A stretch of 63,698 bases of DNA, filler included, from Klebsormidium nitens (taxonomy: Eukaryota; Plantae; Klebsormidiophyceae): assembly GCA_000708835.1 (NCBI GenBank). It is 8 parts of 8 records of this genome, joined end to end, with 100 filler letters (N's around TTAATTAATTAA, not from the genome) between each part and the next. Parts side by side here need not be neighbours in the genome. Positions count along the whole stretch, not along the records: positions 18,655 to 24,904 come from DF238367.1; positions 25,005 to 32,829 come from DF238274.1; positions 32,930 to 52,669 come from DF237928.1; 5 more parts are not named here. The stretch is one strand, 5' to 3'. The notes beneath the pieces were generated by a model. It was not told the origin of the DNA. It worked only from the letters and a program-made list of their open reading frames with translations, and searched no databases. The translations under genes and the position numbers were made by a program. Within the stretch, counting starts at the first letter, position 1. Each line of letters starts with the position of its first letter. Of the stretch, positions 23,961 to 36,056 are shown piece by piece.

Positions 23961-24904
23961 GACGAAACGCTTTCTCGCTGTGCTGCATGCATACAAAAGA
24001 GGGAATATGTCAGATCCTGAGGATGGGCTTCTGCTTGAAAGCTGCCGCAGCCGCGCCCGCCGCCGCAAAATTTGCTCGCGGCCTTCGCGATCGTACTTTA
24101 TTGCCAGAGTTCAACTTACCAACAACTGCACGGTGACGATTGCGCACTTTATTTCGCTAAGTTGTCTTGCTTTCTTTTTGGCTCTCCTCAAACCGTCGCT
24201 TTTGTGAAGAGGTGGTGGGCTGCTGATAATCGCCTCAGTTTCCGTGGGTGACAAGTTTTTATTGACTCTTCATGAAGGACGAGATGCGACTCGTCTTGAC
24301 CGATACCGTTAGAGAGGATTTGCTGAAGCTGCACTCTATTGGTAAAATAGCACCGTTCTTGCATGCGGAAAACCTTAAGGACTTCGGTGCTGTTCAGGCC
24401 AGGGGGAGTCTGGTTTCCTAAGAGGAGATCGACATCTGCTGGCTGTGACCCTAACTCAGTCCCACGGAGCGCCTTCACTGTCCATGATATGGCTTGCTTA
24501 GAAGGTTAATTGCTCGAACTATCCGAAACCCCTCACGGATTCGTAAGTTCCCTGACCTTTGAGACGACCGGTCAGCTGTTCCGCCTGGGCGCATTTTGAA
24601 CGGTCAATCATAAGCTTCCCGAAAAGCGAGTCCTGCATCAATCCGTTTAGCAAAGACTCGCCTCGGAAAAGCTCTCTGTCCTTACAGGGGGTGTCCGACC
24701 AGCTTCGTTCTTCTGCAACCAGCAGCACTTGGTCAGTGATCAGAGCAATTGCTCTTCAGGAATAAGGAACTTACCATCAGCTTCCATATCTTCTCCAGGT
24801 GCGGGTATGGACCATCAAGCGCTCCAGCGAGGGCTGCAACCGCAGCGCCAACGCGGCCGCCATACGCAAGCGGATCGACTCGGCGCCACACTCCTGTGTA
24901 ACGA

Positions 24905-25004
24905 NNNNNNNNNNNNNNNNNNNNNNNNNNNNNNNNNNNNNNNNNNNNTTAATTAATTAANNNNNNNNNNNNNNNNNNNNNNNNNNNNNNNNNNNNNNNN
25001 NNNN
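24905..25004. other. Artificial contig linker
   Basis: 44 N + TTAATTAATTAA + 44 N. Confidence 0.98.
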
Positions 25005-25096
25005 ACGAGGTGATCCCAAGGCGTGCTGAGAAGCTTCGCATGGTTTCCGCACATGTGAAGTAGACAGGCAGCGTGTGACCCTGTCCAACCGTCACA
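25005..25096 (-). mobile_element. Start of a putative LTR (TGTGACGG...), cut by the contig end
   Basis: 25042-25096 matches 52770-52825 (1 mismatch + 1 indel), and in both places homology stops exactly at minus-strand TGT. Preceded here by a purine-rich tract (GGCAGAGCGGAGC, weak PPT). Confidence 0.6.
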
Positions 25097-27533
25097 GCTC
25101 CGCTCTGCCGGCCCTGGCTCCGGCTCCCCTTGCTCCTCCGCGTCTGCTCGCTCAGGCTCCAGGGCTACCCATTCCTCTGTCTTCTCTCCTTCTTTTTCAT
25201 CTTCTTTTTCTTCTTCCTCCATGGGCGTCACCTCGTCTTCTGGCGGGGACCCAGTCTTTTCTGGATCAGGGGGGTCTTCTCTTGGATCTCCTCCCGACGC
25301 TCCCCCCCCTGCCGGCTGATCCGCGTCGCCTATTTCTTCATCTTGCCCCGCTTCTCCTTCCGCCGGCGGTGGTGGCCCTTCTGCCGGCACGTCCGCAGCC
25401 TCCATATTCTGGTCTAGGGGCTCGTATGCGTCCGCCGGTGGCCCAAGCGCCAGGTAGTCCAGCCCCTTCCCCATTTCTTCTTCTGCCGGCGGGGGCTTTG
25501 CAACTGCGGCCTTCCCCTTGACCTGCTGCGCGGGCTCCTCAGAGGAACTCTCCGCTTAGGACAGTGTCCTCCGGGGAGCTCTCCTTATTTGGACACGCAC
25601 AATGAAGTCGTCCATGGACTCAATCCTCCGACTCGCTCTCATATTCAACTGACTCAAACCCCGTTCTGACTTTGCGTTTGGCTGGATGCGCCCGCTTCTT
25701 TGCCCCGCCGGCCCCCGTCCTTTGAGCAGAGCCCACTCGTCCCAAGGCTTGTCGTTGCGCTCGCACCTTCTCCATTGCCCCGGACTTCTGCGGCTCCTTC
25801 GGTTTCAGGTTGCGCAGTTGGGGTTTGTGGTACGGGATGTTGCGGTCCATGACTCCCCACGCAGTGAAGAGGTAGATCAGTTGCTCCCGGCTGGGTTCCA
25901 CCTCGTGGTAGAGCTTGACGGGTTCAGCTTTTGGAAGCTGGGCTGTGGGGTCCGTGTCTTGCGCAAGGGTTGCGGTGGGGACTGGTTGGACGCCGGCGGT
26001 GGTGAGGGGGACGTTGGCCAGGCTCATCCCCCCGCATGAGTTTCAGAGGGTTCTCCGGCCAGACTTCATACTTCATCCGCCACTCTACCGCTTTGGCGTC
26101 TCATAGTGCCACCAGTTCTTGCGCGTCTTCTTCTTCTTCCCCTTACAGGCCTCCTCTTCTTCCGGGCTTATTGCCTAGTGGCGCTCCATCAGCCTCTGCT
26201 TCGCAATCGCCAACGCCTGCGCCGCAAAGTGGTACGCGTCCTGCATCTCAGCTTGGCTTGCTCCGAATCCTCTGCCTCCCCGTCCGTTGCCGCACCCGAC
26301 GGACCCGCCTCGTCAGCGACATACGCTGGCGCCGCCGCTCCCTGTGCCACTCCCCGGCGCCTCACAGTCTTACGAGAGTCTTACCCGGGATGGGTCCCAC
26401 CCGCAGGTCTTCGAACAGCTCTTCACGCACCCCCACCAGGTCCATGCCTTCCAAGCCCTGGTAGCGCGCGTCCGTTGGGGAATACTCTTCGAAAGCAGGG
26501 GGCATGCGTCGGAACCTCGTGGGTTGCCTGTGGGTCTTTTCCCCGCGCAGCTCGCATTCTTCTCGCAGGCCCTCCTCCTCAGGTTCTTCCTACCCCTCGG
26601 TTTCAGGTGCCTTCGGCGGCCGCTCTCCTTTGGGCTTGAACGGCGGCGGTGGACCTCCCTTGCGCAGGCGGTCCTCCTTGGGGCGTGCAGCCAGCCGATC
26701 GGCCTCGCCACGCGCGCGCGCGGCTGGGATGGTGTCAGGCTGCGCCTGCGTGCTGGGACGCAACTGCAGCCCCTCGTCTGCCATTACCGCCTGGGCCCTT
26801 AGATGCGCCGACGCTCCCCTCACAGTTGCTGACCACGCCATGAAGGGGCTCCACTGGTCGTCCTCCTCTCTAGAGTCCTCCTCAGCGTCTCGCGCCACGA
26901 CGCGTTCTTGGGTCTTCCCCTAGGGTTGCCGGCAAGCTTGGGCGCGCTTTCACCCCTCTTCTTCCACGTTTCTGGGCGCTTTTCCGGGAACTTCTCCCAG
27001 CATTCATGGCTTTTGTGGGAGTCCTTCCGCCCGCACTGTGCGCAGACGGCTCCCGGGTCCCGCCCCTCCTTTGGTTTCTCCCGGCAGTCAGATCGTCGAT
27101 GCCCTAATTTCCGCAGTTCCAACAGTCCCCCAGAAACTCCCCTCTTGAGCTTGAAGCTAGCCGCCGGCGGGCCCGCAACGAAAGCCTGCTTTTCCTTCTT
27201 CTCGCGCCGGCGCTCCCCCTTATTCTGGCTCTTGGGTTTGGTTTCTCCGCCGTCGTTTGGCTCCCGCTTCCTCTCATTCCCCCGTGATGAGGACGCCCCT
27301 AAAACTGACATCCCTCCCATCTTACCGGCTAGGTCCCCCTTGACCATCTTTACCGGCGCGCGTCCCAACTCCCTGGTGTAGAGGGCTTCCTCGATCTGCC
27401 GGCACGTCGCCTCCAGCTTTGTCAGAGTCAGCTCGTCCTCCCCCTAGGTAAGGGTTTGATGCTCAACCGCCCTTCTCAGCTCCGGCTTCAAGGCAAACAC
27501 CGCCTTCTTGACGACTTCCCGACCTGTATCTAG
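25097..27533 (-). pseudogene. Decayed retroelement gag-like ORF (helical CA-like part, two zinc knuckles, long charged low-complexity tail); no pol motifs seen
   Basis: KAVFALKPELRRAVE..LTKLEATCRQIEE; in-frame TAG at 27444-27446; knuckles (CWNCG)KLGHRRSDC and CAQCGRKDSHKSHEC; RQPTRFRRMPPAFEEY; multiple stops and frameshifts downstream. Confidence 0.65.
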
Positions 27534-28298
27534 GGAGACGCTAAAATGACCCTTGGTGGATTCTGGTGAAAACCGGAAATGTAACGCGTAACGCTGACTA
27601 TGATCATCGATCCTCGGATGCTATCAAAGGGACTGGAGGGGGTTTGAAGAGTCTGACAACGCTACTTTACGTCAAAAGCAGCGTGTGCTAGTGCATTAAG
27701 GTATGGTACACACTCGAAGGACGGGTGGGGTTAGTTTGGTGGTTAGGGCGGGTAAGGGTGCGGAGCGTGTCATTCTTTGTATTACGGTTTTAATTTGTAG
27801 GTGCTCGAGAGGCTTCTGAATCTTGATGCAAATGGCTAAGTGCAAACTATAGTGGCCAAGAGTACCGCGGGCTGTGCACAGGTTGTGTATATTAGAGGTA
27901 CTGTACAATTATCTCGACTTAACAGTGTGCTTATATAGAGAACAAGGCTGAATTGCTCAAATTAGCCAATTACAGTAATTACTTAGACTTCTTGGGCCCT
28001 TAGGGTGAACCCCTTCCACTATCATAGCGTCTGGAGATCCACACCTACCTTGAAATCATGAGCAATTAGGGTAACTTAAGTAATTTGGGTAATTGAAGAT
28101 TGTGAATTGCTCGATTAGCCAGATTACAATGATTACACACAATTTGATTCCCCGGGGCCCACGTTTTCTTCAAGTTGTACACCCATAGCCCTTGAAGCTG
28201 TGTACACACCGCAACTCGTTGAATATTTAGGGTAACAGCTCGGTAATTGAGCGATTGGGCTAATTAACCCACGGTTGCGAGGCTCGAAGTTGCTTGGA

Positions 28299-28787
28299 TT
28301 GCTTGAATTAGGACAATTGCTCACGTTTCAAACGACCTAGACTCGGAGGGACCCCGTCGATTACAGTTACACGAATTGCTTGAATTAGCGTAATTGCTCA
28401 TGTTTCAAGAGCCTTCAAAACCCTTTCATAGCGTGTTTGCTGGGACTCGATTGCTTGAATTAGCGTGATTGCTCATCTTTTCAAGCACTTCAATCAGCTC
28501 TACATATACTAAGCAGTTGCTTGAATTGCTCAAATTAGCGTAATTGCTCATATTTTCAAATGCTTTGCTGACTCGTTCATACAGCGGTTGCAAAAATTGC
28601 TCGAATCATTGCAGTGCAATTTGCTCATGTTTCAACGCTCCCATCTTTCTGAAGCCCCAGATTTTGTAGTTGCTTGAATTGCTTCATGAACTAGCGTAAT
28701 TTCTCGCATTTCAATTAAGGGCCCCAAGGACCTTCATACAAAGTTGTTGCTAGAATTGTTTGAAATAGCTAATTGCTCACATTTCAA
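28299..28787. repeat. Diverged 73-77 bp tandem repeat with conserved 33-nt core TTGCTTGAATTAGCGTAATTGCTCATGTTTCAA (7 copies)
   Basis: Cores at 28299-28331, 28376-28408, 28451-28484, 28526-28559, 28597-28635, 28670-28713 and 28747-28787; partial cores at about 27950, 28103 and inverted at about 28243. Confidence 0.88.
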
Positions 28788-30589
28788 GGCCCCAATGACC
28801 TTCATTGATAGTTCGAGCAGTGGATCAGTTCTTCGCCGTCAACGAAGAAAGAAGAGGCAATCCCTAGCTAATCTAAGCCTAAAGAGGCATTTTGCCAAGA
28901 AGAGCTAGAAGTTTATGCTTCTTGCTCAACGGGGCTCACAATATCCGAAGGCTCGACCCCAGACTCGTTCCTTGCAGTTTCCGACTGCCGGCGTCGAAGA
29001 GGACGCGTCTGTTGTTTCTCCCTTCTTTTTGCGAGAGTTCCTCGTTTGTGGAGGCATGCCAAAAGGGGATTACAACCGGCAATGCTCACTAATAATTGAT
29101 GTCTACCTGCCAACGCAAACTACGCTACCTGCCCAGCTGTCGGGGCAACAATTATAATGAAGGAAACGGAGAACCCTCGCAAGACTAGCAAGCAACCCTT
29201 ATTACCACTGACGGCGCACCGTGCAGCGTCAGGCAACCCTTTCCAACACCGCCGGCACATATCGCAGCGCAACCGGCAACCTTTTCCACGTGAGCAGGAA
29301 ACCGTTCTGCCTATGCTACCCCGCAGAGCAACACTCTGGCTACGCTGATTGCTACCCCGCGTGGCAACAATTGCCCATGGCCGCGCTCACCTGTGGCTGT
29401 ATTAAATAACAAAACTACAGGAGCTTTCACGCCGGCGGTATAGCACCAAGCGAATTCCCGCCCTTCGCTGCAGCGCCTTTGCATTCACAGCGGTTGCTTG
29501 TCGCCCCAGGGAAATACAACGTTATTTTTCAAGTTTGTGACACCGAAACTCTCGATCACGCAAACGACAGTCGGAGCTCAGCACAATCTCCAGACTCAGT
29601 CGCACTTCTCTTTGGCAAGTGATGACGTGTCAATGCCCTTGCACGAAGAACACGTTAGCGGCGTGGAGTCGTCACAAGTGCTGAAAATCTCTATTGGCTC
29701 TCTCATGCAGCATGCACATCACCGATCATGCAATGCTCGTGGACATCGTGACTTCTCCCTTTCTCGAGGTTTCGGCTCCAATCACGCACAACACATGAGC
29801 TGACCGCAGCACATCGATGCTTCCCGCACTCACTTGAAAGGAGGAGAACCTCCGCCATAGTTCACAAGCCCGCTGCCAATAAGCTCGCTGCACTATGAAA
29901 TTAACATTAGCGCCCTATGCTCGATGCGCCTAGCTATGGAGACTTGCCTAAGAGAAGTGAAGGGATCACCTCTCCTCGGCCCTATGTGTATGGCCGGCGC
30001 AAGTCTCAATCATGGGCTATGTTCTCGTACCCTACCTGCTCGGCCGCTTATCCTGGCGGTCTACCACTAACCAGACACCAGTGGTCTAACCCTTGACTCT
30101 ACCCGCGGCGAGCGCGCCAGGCTCGCAAGCCGGCCGCCGGTCGCCCTATTGCCGCCACGTGGCACGTCTGCGCCACGTGTCGCTATCTGGACACTACCCG
30201 GCACGGACAGCTCTCGGCATGGCAAGCAATCATTATTGGAGGAAGTACCAATGGGGAATGAAGGTTTACAAGAATAGACATTCATTGTCATTTTCATCAT
30301 CATTTCAATTTTCGGGTATTTTCACAGTGAATAAATCAAGAAAATTAAAAATATAATTAATATTCATTGTGAAATCCGGGTTACATAGCTTGTTAGCGTG
30401 ACCACAAATCAAACCATAGAGTCAACCTGCTATACCCTCTTTCACTTGGTTCATCATCATCAATTCTACTTAGCTGGTTTTGGACCCATGTATACAGCTA
30501 ATTTAATAGGTTCATCATCAATTGTATTTCTTACCGCTTCGTCGACCCCTCTATACTCAAATCAATATCTTCATCATCATCACCTATAC

Positions 30590-31390
30590 TTACATACTAG
30601 AAAGAAGATGATGAAGGAAAAGATAAAGGGGTTTCGGGGAAGGGGCTGATTCTTGGGCCTTTATACCCTACTTCAACTTGTTCATCATCATCATTTTTGC
30701 CCATGGCGGGATTTGTAGGAGAATGATGATGATGAAGTGGAAGATAGAGGGGAAAAGGGGAAGGGGCTGATGCTAGAGCCTTAATACTATACTTCAACCC
30801 GTTCATTATCATCGTTTTGCCTACTGCGGAATCTGTAAGGAAAGCGGTGATGATGAAGCCGATGAAACGGGGGTATAAGGCTTCTATGGACTCCGAAGAC
30901 AAATTGATGATGATGAAGCCGGTGAACGGGGGTTATAGGGGTCACGGGACCCCCAAGACAGAATGATGATGATGATGATGATGAAGGCGCTGAAATGGGG
31001 GTATAGAGGGTCCTCGGATCCAAGGGGGATTGATGATGATGAAGGCTTTGGAAGGTGGATATAGAGGGTTCCGGCTAAAGCGGAAGTGATGATGATGAGG
31101 GTTTGAAACGGGGGTATACGGGGTTTGGGACAAAAGAAAAATGTTGATGATGAATGCTTTGAAATGGGTACAGAGGGTCCCGCGACCCAAGAGGAAGTGA
31201 TGATGATGAAGGCTTTGAAACGGTGGTACAGGGGGTCCCGGGACCCAAGAGGAATTGATGATGATGTAGGCTTTGAAACGCGTGTATAGGGGGTCCCGGG
31301 ACCCAAGGGGAATTGATGATGATGAAAGCTTTGAAAGAGGGGTATAGGGGGGTCCCGGGAGCAAGGGGGATTGATGATGATGAACACGTT
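30590..31390. repeat. About 59-bp minisatellite (TGATGATGATGAAGGCTTTGAAACG..GGGTCCCGGGACCCAAG)
   Basis: Near-identical units at 31140-31380, more degenerate towards 30590; (TGA)n microsatellite core and a GGGTCCCGGGACCC palindrome. Confidence 0.9.
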
Positions 31391-32366
31391 GAATAGAAGG
31401 TATAAGGGGTATATGGTAGATTGAGGAAGATGTATATGATTGCACATATGTCTATATGCAATATTATGATGAAAGTAATAAACTTGTATATATTCACGGC
31501 CCATTAGTACTCTCTCCATTATTGAATGATACTTTACAGAAATTCGGGCAGAAATCTCGAAGGCTATAGAAGTTTGGCTGCTTCATCAATTGGAGAATGT
31601 CGGTTGGATGTTCAATGTTACGGTCAGTGGCGTATGGTGGGTTGGCCTCTTCTAAAAAAGAGGGAATGCCCATTGCCACTGCTCTTTGGATAATTTGGAG
31701 GCAAAGCGACCTCGTAAAAATTTAAAATAGTGACAGCCTAGCTCACCCTCTCCAGATCGAGGCAATGTCGGCGACAGGTTGTCCAACCCTCAGTGCCCAA
31801 GCCATCAATCCCCTGCGCAGACCCCCCCTGCTTTGCACCCATGCTCAGCCAGCTTGCATGCGTCCTGCTCATTTACCTGCCAATCTAATACCGTGACTGA
31901 GTAACTCGCAGTGCATGTTGCATGTCATTATCTAATACCGTATACCGCCGACCGGTATGATGGTATTTAAGATGTCAAGTCAAGTAAACCACCAGACCGA
32001 CTATTTAATCGGGTAAACTCAAAATGCTGACGTGGCACTTTTTGCCAACGGCCGACCGAATTCAAATTCGGCCGAGGGCGCACGGATCGAACTTGAAAAA
32101 AATGGCATTATGGATACAGAAAAGTGGACCATTTCTGCATCATTTTCGGCGGTTCTTGTCGCAATGTGTAGGGGGCGCGGGCCTCTTGAGCGTAACGTCG
32201 AAACTGCCGTGAGAAACCATTCAATATGAGCCATTTTATGTTGAGCAGAAAACTTTCTCGTACTAGAGCTAAACCGAGGCGCCCATGTCCATATTTCAAG
32301 TTTCGGAGTTCCGAATTTTGGAACTGACGGAGTGAGGTTCCCACAGGTATTTATAGTCGGTCTGGT

Positions 32367-32405
32367 GGTGCGGAAATTGGGTGCGGAAATTGGGTGTGGA
32401 AATTG
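32367..32405. repeat. 13-bp tandem repeat x3 (GGTGCGGAAATTG)
   Basis: Direct reading; the third copy has one substitution. Confidence 0.85.
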
Positions 32406-32829
32406 GAACCCTATAGGCCGCCAGAATCACGCCCCCCAGAAACCGAGGGGCGTGGAAGATTGGCCTAGCGGTCAATGTCCTTCGCGGCCGATAAGTGCAC
32501 AAATAGCGTCTCCCAGCTGAGCATAGGCACTTAGCAGTGCCTGTAAGCACTCCGCTTCAACAATACATGAAATCACTAATGATACTGAATCTGGTGGTAA
32601 GATGGTATTCAACAGTGGGAGCACATTCAAAACCCTAAAACTTGATGTACACATCGTGGATTCACATTCCGTTTTTTCGAGGTGGTTAGTGCTATTGAGA
32701 AGCATGTTTGGAAGCCCCTCGAACCATGATACAAGATGCCAAAGCAGAACGAAGCACATGAGAAGTTGGCAAAATGTGCAGATTCTGCTGCAGACCCCCT
32801 CGGCAAAACATTTTCGTAGGAATAAATTT

Positions 32830-32929
32830 NNNNNNNNNNNNNNNNNNNNNNNNNNNNNNNNNNNNNNNNNNNNTTAATTAATTAANNNNNNNNNNNNNNN
32901 NNNNNNNNNNNNNNNNNNNNNNNNNNNNN
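32830..32929. other. Artificial contig linker
   Basis: 44 N + TTAATTAATTAA + 44 N. Confidence 0.98.
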
Positions 32930-33775
32930 CACAACCAGCTTGAAGCTGGGTTACGTCCGGCGGGAACGTTCGAAAACGTACCCGGTTTCAATCGTTGGAA
33001 TAATTGGATTGTGGATAACATTCTGGACCAATGGATGTCCAGCACGATGTGACTGGTCCACAGCCAATGTGCGTCGAGTCTACGAGGTTACGGTTAGGTG
33101 CGCTAACTATGTCGGCTTAAGCTTACTTACTTTACTAAGTACTACACGTTATGCCACGTGTCTCATGCTGATTCGTTAGGCGACGCGCTACGCCAGCGAC
33201 GCGCGCTACGTTGTGACACGTGCCATACATAAATGCACATGCTGCTGCATGAGTTGAGATGCAGGCCCTAGTATAGCTCGCAGTCGCGATTCATAATGAT
33301 GCGGTGAATATTGGTAGTGTACCATGTGCAATGACCGTCATGACTCATGCACATTATTATTAACAAATATACCGTGTGTGTCCTGCCACATATATGCGCG
33401 GCCCGAAACATACGACTTGACCATGTACACATCATGATATGTGGCCGGGGCGGTCACCTTGAAACATTGTTTTTGCCGTGCCACAAGCTTCATGCATTAA
33501 GGCTTCAGATTACAATTTGTGAGGTATACAGTGCTGCATGATCGGCTTTGTTGGAAGTTGGTGCATGTGATTTCTGGCGGCCGGAATGCAGATGTTACAC
33601 CTGTTACACTTGTGACATGGTCGATCAGTTGGGCCAGACGTTGTCGGCAAAATCGAATTCTGCCAGGTGTCTCCTAGCACATGTAATGCATACGATTCCA
33701 GAGGACAGGAGATGCCATTGCTTCGATTGGGCCTGTTGTACACGGAGAGTGCATGGCAGGCGATCGGATGGCATC

Positions 33776-35257
33776 TCAACTATCTTGAGTGTCAATTCTT
33801 TCCATGATTAAGGCAATGGCGGCATTAGCGGCTGTAAAGGGACCATGAAAACTCTCTTTAAAGCTAAAGGTTTCCAGGTCCCGAATCTGCAAAGACAGAA
33901 GAAAGGAATCACTTTGCTTGCAGTCTGGGTAGACCAATAACATCTACATGCTTGACCACACCATCTGCTCGTGCCAGTGCCAACAGTTCTTATCGACGTG
34001 AATGACAAACTTGACCAACAAATCAAGTGGTGCAAAGAGTCACCATCTCTAAAAATAGGCCACGTTATTTTCCACGTTGCTTGTATTGTGTCTTCGGCCA
34101 CACATGATACAGTGGTCTTTTTAAAGAGAGTTCGACTTACAAATTCCACAAGGATGTCGCCAGCGTCGTTAACCCCCTCTAACAGACACCGGTAGTAGAC
34201 TCTCTTGCAACGTTCACTGATGTCCTCGTTTGCTGGCTCGGGGCAGTACTCATCATCAAGCCATTGCTTCAGCTTTACTTTGAGCCATTCCGACTCCTGT
34301 ATCATGATAAAGAAGCAGGGATTCCAGACTCACGGGGACAAGAAAACACCACAAAATCAGAATCGTGGAATGCTTCAGAATGGAGAGAATTGAAGGGTAA
34401 AAGGCGTCCTCATCTTTTGTTTGTCGGAAGGGCATACCACAGAGTATGGTTGAATAGACCTACAAAGCACATGACTGTGCATCCTACTGCTCAGAAGCAA
34501 CAGCACACCTTCAGGACGAGACCATTCATTGGAGAAGTGATATGTGGCAACTCAAGCTGGGGCTTACCATGCTAGCTTCTTCAACTGTCACTCTTGATGC
34601 AGCCACCCCTCCATCCCCCGCTGAATCCCTTGAAGCCAGCAAACGGGCACTCCCCACTTTTCCAATTGCCTTGGGCCCAAAGACACGAGTCCTACATGTT
34701 GTCGCCCTTCCGAAATCTGCAGAATTGTCTTTGCACAGACTTTTGGGTGAAGTTGTTCCTCTCCTACTTTGATCTACAGTGGCAGGGACTCCTCTATGAG
34801 AGCGAGAACATGTGACTTTCCATGCCCCTTCTGCCACCTCTCTGGTGGGTGGTATGCTCTGGGCGAAATCAAACTGGCTGCTGGGGCGAGCACCGTGCAG
34901 CCGACGTGCTGACGGGGTTGCATCTTGACAAGCAAAACTTTTGAGAAGTCGACCGCAAGGATACACTGCACAAACTGCGGGCCAAGAGACACGACGAAGC
35001 CCCTCCACAGATCTTTGAGCTTGCAATCTACATGGGGCATATATAAAGCTCTTCGGCCTTCCAGCCTGCTGAAATGCATCCTGAATCATACCCCTGGTTG
35101 ACAAATGGTGCCGACTATCCCAATGCATCCGCATCTGGATTCTCACTTGCGTACAGCTGACATTGCTGCGGTGCCATGCCACCTTGTTGCCTCTGCTCTG
35201 CCCCAAATCTGCATTGAAGCATTGGGACAAGGCAGTAGACGCCCTTGCGGCTGACAT
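33776..35257 (-). CDS. Conserved plastid-type protein of unknown function with cyanobacterial-like C-terminal domain, 4 exons, about 291 aa
   Basis: Exons 35257-35147, 35065-34568, 34296-34141, 33886-33776, all phase 0. C-terminus MESEWLKVKLKQWLDDEYCPEPANEDIS..VYYRCLLEG.ND.GDIL..|IRDLETFSFKESFHGPFTAANAAIALI resembles a family recalled from plants and cyanobacteria. S/A/R-rich N-terminus suggests a transit peptide. Confidence 0.78.
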
Positions 35258-36056
35258 TGCCAGATTCAAAGAGCCTCTGGCGAGTATGGAACGGAAATCG
35301 TCACAAGTTACCGCTCAAGCAGGCTTGCAGCCACCTGCAGGCCCTCTGCAACCACCCTCACTGCTTCAGCCAACTGGACCAAAAATGGTGGTCAGAATCA
35401 GGCCTCATGTGCCTCATGTGTCCACCCTCCAGGCCCACATTGTGTGCAAATTATGTGCACGACCTGGACGTGGGCACTGGTGGTGCACTTGAATCTGAAG
35501 ACTGCGCACCCGTAGCCTTCGGCGTAGGTACACCGTACAACTTCAAGCTGCCCTTGCCAGCCCCCCTGATGCCAGAGCACCTGACCGCTTGTCCAGGTGT
35601 CACACTCTGTTGCCGTGGGATTTTAATCGAGCGGCTCAAATTACGTTATACAAATTGTACATCTGCCCCGGACCTTTCCCCTGGGGCTCGATCCGCAATC
35701 AGCTTGCCAATGCAGTACCGTACGTCGATCGAGAAGTCCTGAAATTTGCAGTGAAATTTGCAGCTCTGCTTCCAGAAAGTTTTCAGGAAGCAGAATATTC
35801 ATAATTGAAATTCAGCTCTAGAGTATTCGTATAGAGGCGCATTCTCTTGGTCTGAGCTCGTGTTGATCATCATCAAGAATCGCGCCTAAAGTTTGGAGGC
35901 AAGCTGGGGCTGGAGGTCTGCTGCATGTACTGCCGTAGAACGCCGATTGCCTTGGTTGCCTTGTGAAGGAGACGGGAAGGAGCGCGCAGAAGCTGGTCCA
36001 AGTAAAAGTATGCAATGAAAGTTTGAACATCGTGTTGCTCCTGGTGCCCAATCGAC

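Noticed and set aside
28299-28787. CRISPR array
   Set aside because: Eukaryotic spliced-gene context, no cas genes, cores degenerate in length and sequence, and spacers share residual similarity. Kept only as an unusual repeat.
30884-31519. His-rich and Ser-rich ORFs in three minus-strand frames
   Set aside because: Products of the (TCA)n-containing minisatellite; open in several frames with no splice or domain support.
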